From: Alphaproteobacteria bacterium
GTDB lineage: Bacteria; Pseudomonadota; Alphaproteobacteria; UBA828
Direction of reading: 5' to 3'
Assembly: GCA_965214705.1 (NCBI GenBank)
Contig: CBDCCI010000001.1
Location: forward strand, 32,001-96,000
Length of the DNA: 64,000 bases
The position numbers and the translations under genes are program-made. The notes below the pieces were generated by a model, which was not told the DNA's origin, did not search any database, and saw only the letters and a list, made by a program, of their open reading frames with translations. Of the stretch, positions 28,099 to 39,054 are shown piece by piece. Each line of letters opens with the position of its first letter. The stretch's first letter is position 1.

Positions 28099-30190
28099 CC
28101 GAACTTCCGTTAGCATCTGATTGCCGATCTGGCCGGATTTTGCCTGTTTCCGCCCTTTCTGCGCAGTTTAGCGCCCGGTTTGGCGCGAAATTCCCGAAAT
28201 GATCGCCGAAACCGCCGCGATTCGGCGCTCCAGCGCTGGATCACGCCGTCCCGGCGCATCCACCAAAACCTGAATACTAGTCAGTAGATAGTTTTCTCGT
28301 TACGATAATTGCTCCGCATTCCCAAGCCTTTCCGATATGATTGCCGCGATTCGCTAGGCAGATCGATATGCACATCGAAACCACCCGGTCCGGAAACTCC
28401 CGCTGCCACCTCCTCAGACAGTCCTACTGGCAGGACGGAAAACCCAAGAAGCGCACCCTGTGCAACCTCTCCGCCCTCCCGGAACACGCCATCGAAGCCC
28501 TCAAACGCGCCCTCAAGCGCGGACCCGCCCTCAATCCCGACAGCGCCGACGTCGAACTGCGCGCCAGCCGGGCGCACGGCGCCGTCAGCGCCGTTCTCGG
28601 CACCCTTCGCGACATCGGCCTCGACCGCGTCATCTTCCACCGGCCCGATCGCCGCAGGGCCCTCGTCATCGCCATGATCGTCGCCCGCCTGATCCGGCCC
28701 GGCGCCAAGCTGCGCGTCGAGCGCGAACTGGGAGCGGCCGGCACAACCACCCTCGCCGCCCTGCTCGGCGTCGAAGGCGTCAGCGTCGACGAACTCTACG
28801 CCGCCATGGACTGGCTGGGCGCGCGACAGGGCGCGATCGAGCGCAAGCTCGCCCGGCGCCATCTCGGAGAGGACGATCTCGTCCTCTACGACGTGTCCTC
28901 GAGCTACATGGAGGGCAACGCCTGCCCCATGGCGAAGCGCGGCTATTCGAGGGATCGCCGGGGCGACCGCCCGCAGATCGTCTACGGCCTCCTCTGCACC
29001 CGCGATGGCTGTCCGGTCTCGATCGAGGCCTTCGCCGGCAACACCGGCGACCCGATGACTCTGGCCAGCCAGGTGCGCAAGGTCCGCGACAGCTTCGGCA
29101 TCCGGCGGGTGGTGTTGGTGGGGGACCGCGGCATGATCGCGCAGACCCGCATCGACCGCGACCTCGCGCCCAACGGCATCGACTGGATCACGGCGCTGCG
29201 CGCATCCTCGATCCGCAAGCTCGTCGACCGGGGGCATGTCACGCCCGGCCTGTTCGACACCTGGGGCCTCGCGCGGGTGACCACGCCGGACTATCCCGGC
29301 GAGAGGCTGATCGTCTGCTACAACCCGGTTCTGGCGGCCGAGCGCAAGCGCAACCGCGACGGGCTGCTCAATGCGACCGAGACGGACGCGCGCGATTTCG
29401 CCGCGCGCCACGCCGCCGGCGACATCGACCGCGACGAGTTGAACCGTCGGCTGGGAACCTTGCGCCGCCGCAAGATGGCCAAGCACTTCCGCTTCGAATT
29501 CGACGAGGGCAGCGGCACCTTCAGTTGCGAACGCGACCGGGCGTCGATCGACGCCGAGGCCGCCCTCGACGGTCTCTACGTCATACGCACCAACGTGGAC
29601 GAGGACGAGATCGAGGACGTCGAGGCGGTCCGCGTCTACAAGAGCCTGTCACGCGTCGAGCGCGCCTTCCGCTCGCTCAAGACGGTGTCGTTGCGGATCC
29701 GCCCGATCTTCCACTGGCGCGACGACCGAGTACGGGCGCATCTTCTGATCTGCATGCTGGCTTGGTATGTCGAGTGGCACATGCGCCGCAGGCTGGCGCC
29801 GCTGCTGTTCGCCGAGGAGGACGGAGCGCCGCTGTCCGCGAACCCGGTGGCGCCGCCGGAACGCTCGGAAAAGGCCCGGCGCAAGGACAAGCGCCGAAAG
29901 ACGGATGATGGACTTGCGGTGTGCGACTTCCGCGATCTCCTCGGCCATCTCGGCACGCTTGCTGCCACTGAGATCGCCACCGGAACCGACTTCGCCGTGC
30001 CCGCCCTGACCAAGCCGACCGAACTGCAGGAAAGGGCGTTCGCATTGCTCGGGCTGCGGCCCCATCCTGCGCCCGCGCTCACCGAAAAGGGGATGACCAC
30101 CGCCAAACCTGTCCAGTAATCGTCGCTTCGAAACTCGCCGAAACCCCTGCCGCACAACGGTTCTTTGACTATCCCACACTGGAAGTTCGG
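28099..30190 (+). mobile_element. IS1634-family element B (2092 bp)
   Basis: IRs CCGAACTTCC / GGAAGTTCGG; 6-bp TSD CTTAAC at 28093-28098 and 30191-30196. Confidence 0.9.
28368..30119 (+). CDS. IS1634-family DDE transposase
   Basis: LYDVSSSY, GYSRD, VGDRGM, VERAFRSLK...IRPIFH. Confidence 0.9.
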   Translation: MHIETTRSGNSRCHLLRQSYWQDGKPKKRTLCNLSALPEHAIEALKRALKRGPALNPDSADVELRASRAHGAVSAVLGTLRDIGLDRVIFHRPDRRRALVIAMIVARLIRPGAKLRVERELGAAGTTTLAALLGVEGVSVDELYAAMDWLGARQGAIERKLARRHLGEDDLVLYDVSSSYMEGNACPMAKRGYSRDRRGDRPQIVYGLLCTRDGCPVSIEAFAGNTGDPMTLASQVRKVRDSFGIRRVVLVGDRGMIAQTRIDRDLAPNGIDWITALRASSIRKLVDRGHVTPGLFDTWGLARVTTPDYPGERLIVCYNPVLAAERKRNRDGLLNATETDARDFAARHAAGDIDRDELNRRLGTLRRRKMAKHFRFEFDEGSGTFSCERDRASIDAEAALDGLYVIRTNVDEDEIEDVEAVRVYKSLSRVERAFRSLKTVSLRIRPIFHWRDDRVRAHLLICMLAWYVEWHMRRRLAPLLFAEEDGAPLSANPVAPPERSEKARRKDKRRKTDDGLAVCDFRDLLGHLGTLAATEIATGTDFAVPALTKPTELQERAFALLGLRPHPAPALTEKGMTTAKPVQ

Positions 30191-31764
30191 CTTAACCTTC
30201 TGCAAGCCCTGGCGGCGCTCCGGCCCGAACGAGACCAGCTCGCCGATTCCCAAATCGAAATCCCTTATGCTGAAGACGGCCTCCTCCAGCGCACTTCTAT
30301 CCGGCTTGTCGCCAAGACGATCCAATATCTCGACCATCAGCTTGGCGTTGAGGAAGCCCTCCAGACTGACGAAGCTGTGCGAGAAGGGCGTGTAATCCTC
30401 TCTCAGCAATTCCTGCGGTGGCTGAGGATCGTATCGCGCCATCAACTCCTGGTACTGCTGGACAGCAGGAATCCCCACGTCGTGATAGCTAGGAACAACC
30501 TGCGAGTTCACCAGCAGCTCGGTGTAGCGCTCGCCATCGTCACGCCCTTGCGTGATGAGATTGAGAAGGTTCTCGCTGCCGACGAAGGACACGTTGGCGA
30601 TCGGCACGCGCAACCCGAGGTCCACCGCGTCGCGGAGAAACGCGGCGCAGGCGGCGTAGGCCCCGATGCAGATGACCGCATCGGGGCGCGATGCCTTCAG
30701 TATCTCCACCTGATCGCGCATGATGCCCGTGAATTTGGAGCCCCGCCTGTAGGTCGCCTCGCCGACGATCCGCTCGCCGAACGGTCTCAAGGCACGGCGC
30801 ACGCCCGCCCAACCACTGCGGCCGTAAGCGTCAGCCTGATAGAAGACTGCGATGCGCTTGCGGCCGATCCCGACGAAGTTCTGAACCAAGCCGGCCGTCT
30901 CTTGCCGGTAGGAGGCGCGCAAATTGAAGGCGAAGGGGCCGTATGGCGGCTCCCGCTGCGGCTGGGCGCCGGTGAACGGGAAGAAGAGATAGACCTGTCT
31001 CTCCTGAAACTTCTTGAGCATGGGAAGGACGCGCGTGACCGTCGGCGTCCCGACATAGCCGAACAGGGCGAAGACCTCGTCTTCCAGCATCAGGGTCATC
31101 GTGTTCTGAACCGACGGATCGGGCTGATAGCCGTCGTCATAGGTCCTGAGAACGATTCTTCGGCCCCTGACGCCACCGTTGCGGTTGACGTGCTCGAAAT
31201 AGGCACTGGCCCCGCGGAAGAGCTCTATGCCGAGACCGCGGGAAGGACCGGAGAACGCGGCGGACGTGCCCAGCACGATCTCGCTGTCGGTCATGCCGCC
31301 GCGCCGGATGGACGCCAACCAAGACCCAACAGGCAACCGGCAAGGCCGTACCGAAGGACGCTTCTCCTCGTCGGCGACCTCATTCGAGGTATGTCCATCC
31401 CTCCTCGCCTATGCGGCATGCCCGAAGAGTGGCTTCCGGCCTCGCTTCACGATGGCAAGGGCGACTCCTTGGGGTGCTCGTCCTCTAACTCCGCCTCGTC
31501 CTCGGTCGCGTCGTCCTCGGTCTGCTGAGGCGGTTGCGCGGCCAGCGTGACGATCATTTCGGTGAACACGCCGACTTCGGACTCCACCCTGATTTCGCCG
31601 CCGTGCTGGCGGACGATATCGCTTGAGAGCGCGAGGCCCAGGCCGGTGCCCTGGTCCGGCGGCTTGGTCGTGAAGAAAGGGTTGAAGATGTCGTCGATGA
31701 TTTCGGGTGGGATCCCGCTCCCGTTGTCTCTGATCCGGATTTCGACCCCTTCTTCGGATCGCCG

Positions 31765-33443
31765 GGGTGTAGGTCTGGCATGGCGATCGTAAGTCATTGA
31801 TTTAGCGCGATTGGCGGGTGGCCGTAGGCAGCCAGAATCGGGTTTTCGTGACAATCGGCCGGTGCAGGGCCGGATTTTGTCACAACGGCGGCATCCAGCA
31901 GTGGTGGGTGGGAACGCTCCGCACCGCGAGATGCGGTAGGATGCCGCGCCGACAACCCAACATCAGACCCAACATCAGGAGCGTTCCCATGCCAGTGTCG
32001 CAGTCTCTCATCGCCTCGTCCATCGACCTTTTGGGCCTGCCTGCCGAAGTCGCCGAAGCGGTCGCCCAGGTGGTGGAGTTCTGTCGCGAACAGGCTGGGT
32101 CTGACCCGTCTGCCGAGACGTTCGAAACGGTTGAGACGGGGCTGCGGGACGCCATGAACGGCTTGGGTTGCAAGCTCCTTGGGGCCTTCGCCGAGAGCCG
32201 CGACGACGGTGCGAGCCGGATCGAGCGCGACGGACAGAGCTGGGTCCGGGTGGCGGCGACGCCGAAGACGATCATGACGACGCTCGGTCCCGTGACCTAT
32301 CGGCGTGCGCGCTATCGCAGCGGCGCGAGCAGCACGTCGCTGGTGCCGGTGGACGAGAGCCTGGGCCTCATCGACGACTACCTGACGCGGCCGGCGGCGC
32401 AGCTCGGGCTGATGATGATGGGCCACTGTACGCCGCGTGAAGCGGAGGAGTTCTTCGCGAAAATGGGCGGAATGACGCCGTCGGTGAGCACGCTGCAGCG
32501 CCTGGCCCTGAGCATGCATGAGCACTGGGAGAGCGTCGCCCCGGAGACGCTGGCCAGCATCCGTGAAACCCAGGGCATACCGCCCGATGCGGTCACCGCG
32601 TCCGTCTCCCTTGACGGCGTCATGGTGGCGCTGCGGGCCGGCGAGGACGGCCGTGCCGAGGCGTGCTGGCGCGAGGCCTCTTGCGGCACGGTCTCCTTCC
32701 ACGACGCCGAGGGCCAACGGCTGAAGACCCTCTATCTCGGCCGTATGCCCGAGAGCGGCAAGGCCGCGCTGAAAGCGCAACTTGCAAGCGAGGTCGCCCA
32801 TATCCGCCGTGTGAGCCCGAAGATCAGGATCGGCGCCGTCGCCGACGGGGCCGCCGACAACTGGACCTTCCTCGAAAGCCTCTCGCCCGAGACCGAGGTC
32901 ATCGACTTCTGGCACGCTTGCGAGCATCTCCGCGTGGCCTCTGACCATGCGGTGGCGCGCCACTGGTTCGAGAAGCACCGCGAAATCCTGCGCCACGACC
33001 CCCGCGGCGTCGACAAGGTGATCCGGGCACTGCGCTACCTCCTGGACAGGGCAAAGGGGGACCCGGCCGAGATCGAGCGCGAGCTGGCCTTCTTCCGAAA
33101 GCACCGCCATCGGATGCGCTACCACGCCCTGAAGGAAGAGGGCATCGCCATCGGCTCGGGTGTGGTCGAGGCGGCCTGCAAGACCCTCGTCGCGCAGCGC
33201 TTGAAACGCTCGGGCATGCGCTGGCGGATCGACGGCGGGCAGGCGGTTCTGACCTTCCGCGCCCTGATCAAATCCGGCCTCTTCGACCGGGCATGGGATG
33301 CGCTCATGGACGCCCGATCCGGACCAGCTAACGACAACATCAGCCCAACCGAAGTCCTGGCACTCGCTGCTTGACCAAAATGAACCAGCCCATATCCTTT
33401 AGCGCCATCACGACTGGCATATCGCCATACGAGAATCACACCC
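31765..33443 (+). mobile_element. ISKra4-family element (1679 bp)
   Basis: Imperfect IRs GGGTGT...ATGGCGAT / ATCGCCAT...CACACCC; 8-bp TSD GATCGCCG. Confidence 0.85.
31989..33374 (+). CDS. ISKra4/UPF0236 transposase
   Basis: SLDG, ADGA, IDFWHACEHL, IGSGVVEAACK, RLKRSGMRW. Confidence 0.88.
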   Translation: MPVSQSLIASSIDLLGLPAEVAEAVAQVVEFCREQAGSDPSAETFETVETGLRDAMNGLGCKLLGAFAESRDDGASRIERDGQSWVRVAATPKTIMTTLGPVTYRRARYRSGASSTSLVPVDESLGLIDDYLTRPAAQLGLMMMGHCTPREAEEFFAKMGGMTPSVSTLQRLALSMHEHWESVAPETLASIRETQGIPPDAVTASVSLDGVMVALRAGEDGRAEACWREASCGTVSFHDAEGQRLKTLYLGRMPESGKAALKAQLASEVAHIRRVSPKIRIGAVADGAADNWTFLESLSPETEVIDFWHACEHLRVASDHAVARHWFEKHREILRHDPRGVDKVIRALRYLLDRAKGDPAEIERELAFFRKHRHRMRYHALKEEGIAIGSGVVEAACKTLVAQRLKRSGMRWRIDGGQAVLTFRALIKSGLFDRAWDALMDARSGPANDNISPTEVLALAA

Positions 33444-35385
33444 GATCGCCGGCTGACCAGGGTGAGAGTCGGCTCGTAAGCGCCCCCCTCTGAACCATCG
33501 GGACCGGGATCCGCTGCGTCCGCGGCTTCCTCGGCGCGCCGTCTCTCGGCAGTCGCCTGGCAAGCGTTGCTGACCAGATTGAGGAAGACGCGGCCCACGT
33601 CCTGAGTGACGACGTCGAGCGATCCGACCGCCGGATCGAAGTCCTGGACGATGTCGAGCTGAAAGCCCTCATCGCTTGCCCGGGCGCTGTGGTAGGCAAG
33701 CCGCACATGCTCGTCGAGCAAGGCATTGATGTCCGTCGGTTGCCGGCCGCCCGAATCGCGCCCCATGCTGAGCATGTGCTGTACGATCTGGTTGGCGCGC
33801 TCGCCGTGCTCCCGAATTAATCTGAGGTTTTCCGTGATGTCGGCGCTGATCTCTCGGATCAGCGCACTGCTCTCGTCCTCCTTCCCGTCGACCGGCTCAG
33901 GGAGGACCGTTTGCAGCTCTTCCAGGAGTTCTTCCAGCAACTGCTCCGTTACGTCTGAAAAGTTCTTGACGAAGTTCAGCGGGTTCCGGATTTCGTGCGC
34001 CACGCCGGCAGTGAGCTCGCCAAGCGCCGCAAGCTTCTCCTGCATGACGATCTGATCTTGTGCTCGCTGAAGGTTCGCGAGTGCGTCCTCGAGCTGCTCG
34101 TTCTTGCCCTTGAGCTCCTCTGCCAGCTTCTCGACCAAGTTAAGCCGTTGGACTTCGAGCGCGTGACGGCGAAAGACCTCCAACGCCGCGGCCATGTCCG
34201 CGACCTCGCCTCGTCCGTCGACCACCACTTCCGCTTCGATATCGCCCTCGGCCATCCGGCGCATCCGATCCGAGAGCCGCCCGAGACGCCGCATCAGCAC
34301 GCGGCCGACGAACAGCCATGAGATCAGCACCGCCCCGACGATGCTGGTCACGCTAATCGCAAGCAGCAGATTGCCGCCGGTACTGATCGCCGTCGAGGAC
34401 GCCTGAGCCGCGTCTTGGACGCTCTCACGCGCCGCGCTGACCAGCCCCTCTGCCTCGGCGGCGAGTTCGACAGCAAGATTGTTGTTGGACGCGAGCAACG
34501 CCGTCTGACGCTCATCGAGAGAAAGTTCGTGAGCCCGCAAATCGAAGCCTTGATCCTGGCCCAGACCCAGATCGACGAGACGGGACAAGGCGGGTGCAAT
34601 CCTGGCATGGAGGGGCGTGGCGCCCAGGGCCGACAGGCCGCGCTCGATCTTGCCGGCGGAGGCCTCGAAGCGCTCCCGGAGCGGTTCCAGCAGGGCGACG
34701 TCTGAGAGGTCGAACGCGCTCGCCAGAAGCTGGATCGCAATCGTGGCATTTGCCTGCAATCCCGCCATGTGGCGGTAGCGGTTGATCTCCTCCTCCGACA
34801 TGTGCACCGCGCGGGGCGCCGGCGTCTCGCCGAGTGCCCGATAGCCCGTCATCGTGTAGAAGAGCTGGTCGTCGATGGCCGGAATTAATGCTGCGGCAAG
34901 CTCCCTTTGCAGGGCTGCGATTTCGGCACGCAACGCCTCGCTGCGCTCGGCGAGCAGGAAGCCTTCAGCCACCGACTCCTCGATGGCGCCGACATTCGCG
35001 AGCAAGGCATTGCCTTGGGCGCGAATGCGCTCGAAGCGCGGCTCCTCCGCTCCTTGATCCGGCAGCGCCGCCACCTGGGCTTCGAAGGCTTGGCGGTCAT
35101 GTGAGATATCCGCGACGGTGTGGGCGAGTTCTTCCGGCGTCGCTGCGGCGGTCAGCCGCGGCCCGGCGGCGACGAGAGCACCGCTTTGCTGCGCCACGCC
35201 GAAGGCCGTCACCATCTCTGGCACGCTGCCCTCGTTGACGCGGCGCTGGACGTCGCCCACATGATCGAAGGAGACCAGACCGACCAGACTGGCGACAACG
35301 GTGAGCGCGACGGCGCCCCCGATACCCAGATAAAGCTGGGTCGAGAGTCGAAAACGACTGTCAAGCAGCCGTCTTGCCAACGTGG

Positions 35386-36573
35386 TCATGGCTGCACGGC
35401 GAGCCGAAGTGTGTCGATGGGATGGTAGCGGCCGTCCCCACCGATCACGGTAACGAAGACGGCGTCCGACCCCTGATTGTCACCCTCGCCATAGCGAAGC
35501 CCGAAGCCATCGAGGTCGATGACTTCAGCGCGGCGTAAACTGTCCAATAGGCAGGACCGGTCGATCTCACGTCCACAGCGCTCGAGACCCTCGATCGCGA
35601 GGCGGCCCGCCAGGTAGCCCTCGAAGGAGACGAAACCCGGTGAGGCTTCTGGTGAATTGGCCGCCAGCGCCCGGCGATACGCAACAGTGACCGCAAGCTC
35701 GTCGCCGTCAGGAAAGGGCACCACCTGGGTCACGAAGACGCCGGTCCCTGCGGTGCCAAGCTCTCTTGCCAGAGCGTTGCTGCCCACGAAAGAAATGGTC
35801 AGAAAGACCGGATCGAAGCCGATGTGCCGCGCCCAGGCGATCAGCGCGGCGACCGGCTCATAGGCCCCGATCAGGATGACGGCTTCGGGATCCAGACGCT
35901 GCACGTCGAGCAGTGCCGTTTTCACCGCGGTCGTGTTGCGCGGATAGACCCCGATCACCACCGGCTCCAGCTCGCGCCGCTCGAGCGCCCGGCGCACCCC
36001 GCGATAGCCGGCCTGCCCGAAGGAATCGTCCTGATAGATCACCCCGACCCCGTCGATTCCCAAGTCTCCGATCAGGCGGGAGACCATTGCCTCGGTCTCC
36101 TGGTAGTAGGACGCGCGCAGATTGATCACGTTCCGCCACTTGGCATCGCGCAGAAACTCGGCACCGGTAAATGGCGCGAGATAGGGAACGCCCATATCGG
36201 CAGCGATAGGGGCGGCGGAGCGAGAGGTCGGCGTGCCGACCGCGCCGATCAGGGCGAAGACACCATCCTCCACGACCAACCGGCGCGTATTGACGATCGC
36301 GGCCTCCGGCTCGTACGCGTCGTCGAGAGACCGAAGCGCCAGCGTGCGCCCGTGCACGCCGCCGCGCTGGTTTGCTTCCTCGAACGCCGCCTGGATACCG
36401 AGCCGCAGGTTCTTACCCAGGTCCTGCGCGGGACCACTGAAAGCCGCCGATTGTCCAAAGAGGATCTGCTGGTCGGTCACTCCGGGCTCTTCCGCCTGCA
36501 CCGCCGCGGCACCCGGAAGTGTGAACCAGACGGCCATGAGGAGGGCCGAGGGCAAACCACTTGCCCACCTCAT
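35386..36573 (-). CDS. Type-1 periplasmic ligand-binding protein (branched-chain ABC-like)
   Basis: Signal peptide, GQSAAFSGP, DDAYEP, GAVGTPT, NLRASY; stop overlaps the kinase start; start approximate. Confidence 0.88.
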   Translation of the reverse strand: MRWASGLPSALLMAVWFTLPGAAAVQAEEPGVTDQQILFGQSAAFSGPAQDLGKNLRLGIQAAFEEANQRGGVHGRTLALRSLDDAYEPEAAIVNTRRLVVEDGVFALIGAVGTPTSRSAAPIAADMGVPYLAPFTGAEFLRDAKWRNVINLRASYYQETEAMVSRLIGDLGIDGVGVIYQDDSFGQAGYRGVRRALERRELEPVVIGVYPRNTTAVKTALLDVQRLDPEAVILIGAYEPVAALIAWARHIGFDPVFLTISFVGSNALARELGTAGTGVFVTQVVPFPDGDELAVTVAYRRALAANSPEASPGFVSFEGYLAGRLAIEGLERCGREIDRSCLLDSLRRAEVIDLDGFGLRYGEGDNQGSDAVFVTVIGGDGRYHPIDTLRLAVQP

Positions 36574-36722
36574 CCGCTTCCCTGTTGTATCGTTGCGGGT
36601 TGGACGCTCTAGCGCTCGCTCTGCGGGCGCGGCGGGGCCACCTCGCTTGCACGAGACGGGAACGCGTCGAAGCTCCGCCGCTTGTCGCTCAGCCGCGTCG
36701 AAGCGGGAACAGAGCCTAACAC

Positions 36723-37925
36723 CTATCCGCATGGCTCGTCGCGATAGAGCGTTATGCAAGTGATGTCGTCGGATTGCGGCGTGTCGCCTGCAAATGCGCT
36801 CACGGCCTCGAAAACCGCCTTGTTGGCTTCTTTCGCGTCTTTCGGGGGCACTCCGTTGAAGACCAGCCGCAGCCGCTCCATATCGAACAACTCTGCCTTG
36901 GCATTCTCGGCTTCCGTGACGCCATCGGTGTAGAATACGACTGCTTCGCCTGGCGCGACCTGTAGCGTGTCTTCCGCAAAGTCGACGTCGGCCATCACCC
37001 CGAGCGCGATCCCACTCGTTACAGGAATCTCGCTGGAGCTTCCATCGGCTTGAACAATGATTGGCGGATTGTGGCCCCCGTTTGCATACACCATTTCCCC
37101 GCTTTCCGGGTCGAAAATTGCGTAGAAGAGCGTGACGAACATCATCGCTTCGTTATCGTCTTGAAGAACTTGGTTGACCTCCTTCAGCACCGCGCCAGGG
37201 CGAGCGGTGCCGATGGCTGCGCCTTTGAGAAGAGTACGGCAAGACATCATGAAAAGGGCGGCGGGAACGCCCTTGCCGGAGACATCCGCGACCGCAATAC
37301 CGATACGTCCCTCTTCCAATTTCATAATGTCAAAAAAATCCCCGCCTACTTCCCGGGCAGGTGACATACTACCGAACACCTGATACCGAGAATCTGCGGG
37401 AAAAACGGTCGGAAGGATCGACTGTTGCATTTTACTAGCTACATCGAGTTCGCTTTGTATTGCCAGAAGCTTTTCGCGCGATTCTGTTGCCTCTCTCCAC
37501 GAAATCAGGTTGCGCAATGTTCGTTCGATCGTGACCTTCAAGTCTGCAAAGTCGATGGGCTTGGTCACGAAATCGAAAGCGCCCCGGTTCATCGCAGTGC
37601 GAATGTTCTTCATGTCACCGTAAGCTGACACGATCACGGAACGCACGTCCGCATTGACTTCAGCAATATTTTCGAGGAGCGCAAGACCGTCCATCTTGGG
37701 CATGTTGATGTCCGAGACCACCAAATCGATGTTCTGATCCTGGCTGAGCCGTTCAAGAGCTTCGATACCATTGTGAGCGAAGACGAACTCATACTGCTGG
37801 CGGCGAATCTCCCGGCGCATCTGCTGTAGAACGAGACGTTCCAAGTCAGGTTCGTCGTCTACGACGAGAATCTTGTAGGGAGTCGAACGCATTTCTAGTG
37901 TCTCAGCGCTTGGCTCTTGCGTCAT
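36723..37925 (-). CDS. Receiver + SpoIIE/PP2C phosphatase (RsbU/RsbY-like)
   Basis: VVDDE, SDINMP, TKP; VGGDFFD, ADVSGKG, YTDGVTE, SDDIT. Confidence 0.92.
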   Translation of the reverse strand: MTQEPSAETLEMRSTPYKILVVDDEPDLERLVLQQMRREIRRQQYEFVFAHNGIEALERLSQDQNIDLVVSDINMPKMDGLALLENIAEVNADVRSVIVSAYGDMKNIRTAMNRGAFDFVTKPIDFADLKVTIERTLRNLISWREATESREKLLAIQSELDVASKMQQSILPTVFPADSRYQVFGSMSPAREVGGDFFDIMKLEEGRIGIAVADVSGKGVPAALFMMSCRTLLKGAAIGTARPGAVLKEVNQVLQDDNEAMMFVTLFYAIFDPESGEMVYANGGHNPPIIVQADGSSSEIPVTSGIALGVMADVDFAEDTLQVAPGEAVVFYTDGVTEAENAKAELFDMERLRLVFNGVPPKDAKEANKAVFEAVSAFAGDTPQSDDITCITLYRDEPCG

Positions 37926-38139
37926 TGCTCAACTCGTTTTTTGCGATTCGTGAAACCGCCTGTGGTGTAGCGCTCTTCATACGCCTTAGAGAGGCGCTCG
38001 TGTAGCGATGTTCTTGACTCATCTGGGCGTGATCGTTTGACAATTAGGTCTGATCCCAAACTTCATTTACGGCCGGACGATTAGCACCATCACACTTGTG
38101 AACGATCCCTTGCTTCCTTCGGCAAGTCTTCGACAGACC

Positions 38140-38796
38140 TCAGTAGGCTCCGTGTGCACGCGTTGTGACGATTGCGCGTTCGATGTCGGCGACGGCGTTG
38201 AACACGTCGCGGCCAACAAGGTCCATGTTGCGGAGCTGTCTTATTCGTGCGCCGGCGTTCTTGAACTCGCCTCCGGGGTAAATGTCGGGCAGAATGCCGC
38301 AGGCATCCAGCAGAGAGAGCAGCGCGGTATCCCGGGGATCGGGTATGTCATCCGAGAGAATGAGTGTCTTTATGCGGTCCTTGATCTCGCGCGCCGCCTC
38401 GCCATTGACGGTGAGATAACGGCGTCTGCGGAAACCCAAGAGAGACCTCTTATCCTGCTTCTCTAGAATGCCTCGCTCCACGAGTCGGTCGAGTGCCTGT
38501 TGTTGAATGGCTGCCGACTCGTCGGCGGACAACGTCTTGATCCAAGTGCCGGTATCGGAAGTTTCCCCCTGTTCGCCAATCTTGGCCAGGATACGGTCGA
38601 GCATGGCCTCGCCGATCGGCGTACGGTCCATGACGGTCAGCGTCTTAGGATCGGTGTCAATCCGATAGGCGAACGCCAGATCCACAAGCACGGCGCCAGC
38701 CAGGGCGCACTCCACAATGTTGGGGTGTATGGGCAGGAACTCGCTGCCTTTCTCATCCAGAAGCAAGAGACAGGTCTCTTCAACGAACGTCAGCAT
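38140..38796 (-). CDS. GPP34/GOLPH3-family protein
   Basis: LTFVEETCLLLLD, ALAGAVLVDLA, LVERGIL, RRYL, PDPRDTALLSL pattern. Confidence 0.75.
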   Translation of the reverse strand: MLTFVEETCLLLLDEKGSEFLPIHPNIVECALAGAVLVDLAFAYRIDTDPKTLTVMDRTPIGEAMLDRILAKIGEQGETSDTGTWIKTLSADESAAIQQQALDRLVERGILEKQDKRSLLGFRRRRYLTVNGEAAREIKDRIKTLILSDDIPDPRDTALLSLLDACGILPDIYPGGEFKNAGARIRQLRNMDLVGRDVFNAVADIERAIVTTRAHGAY

Positions 38797-39054
38797 TGTG
38801 CCGTCCTACTCAGGTGTTGACGATGGGCGGAAGCAGTGGGTCGCCGCCAAATGGTGGGAATTGTGCGGTTGTTACCCTTTCTCGGATTTCGATTCCACCG
38901 CGGTCCGAACGCGACGAAAGACTTTGAGAAGGCCCAACGCAGTCAGTCACCCACTGCGGCGCTACGTCCCGCCCGCCACCGCGGCATCGGCCTAGCAACC
39001 TCGTTGCTCGCTGCCAAATGCAGTGGCGACCGGGGTGGGGGTGACCTTCAAGCC

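Larger units (their letters stand above)
23784..30197 (+). mobile_element. Tyrosine recombinase + IS91-like HUH element, copy 1 (2666 bp once the nested IS110 and IS1634 are removed)
   Basis: Near-identical to 55098-57763; ends TTGAACG...CTTAACC; no TSD beyond a shared TT. Confidence 0.92.
23714..31398 (-). pseudogene. Type-1 periplasmic ligand-binding protein split by the nested Int/IS91 element
   Basis: RRQGLQ-K|V-YYTVVDEGRFVPLDSWENRFG*; 30198-31336 + 23714-23783 are in frame. A Tat-like leader from ATG 31398 is out of frame by one base. Confidence 0.85.
31447..35389 (-). pseudogene. Sensor histidine kinase (large helical TorS-like periplasmic domain, HAMP, HisKA, HATPase) split by ISKra4
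   Basis: AHEIRNPLN H-box; LVSRR|[15 protein letters not shown]...FFTTK...GTGLGL; 33452-35389 + 31447-31764 rejoin to 752 codons. Confidence 0.9.

Noticed and set aside
29636-30197. C-terminal extension of the 566-aa SBP ORF
   Set aside because: Read-through into IS1634; the true C-terminus is at 23714-23783
33119-33443. C-terminal tail of the 756-aa kinase ORF
   Set aside because: Read-through into ISKra4; the true HATPase end is at 31447-31764
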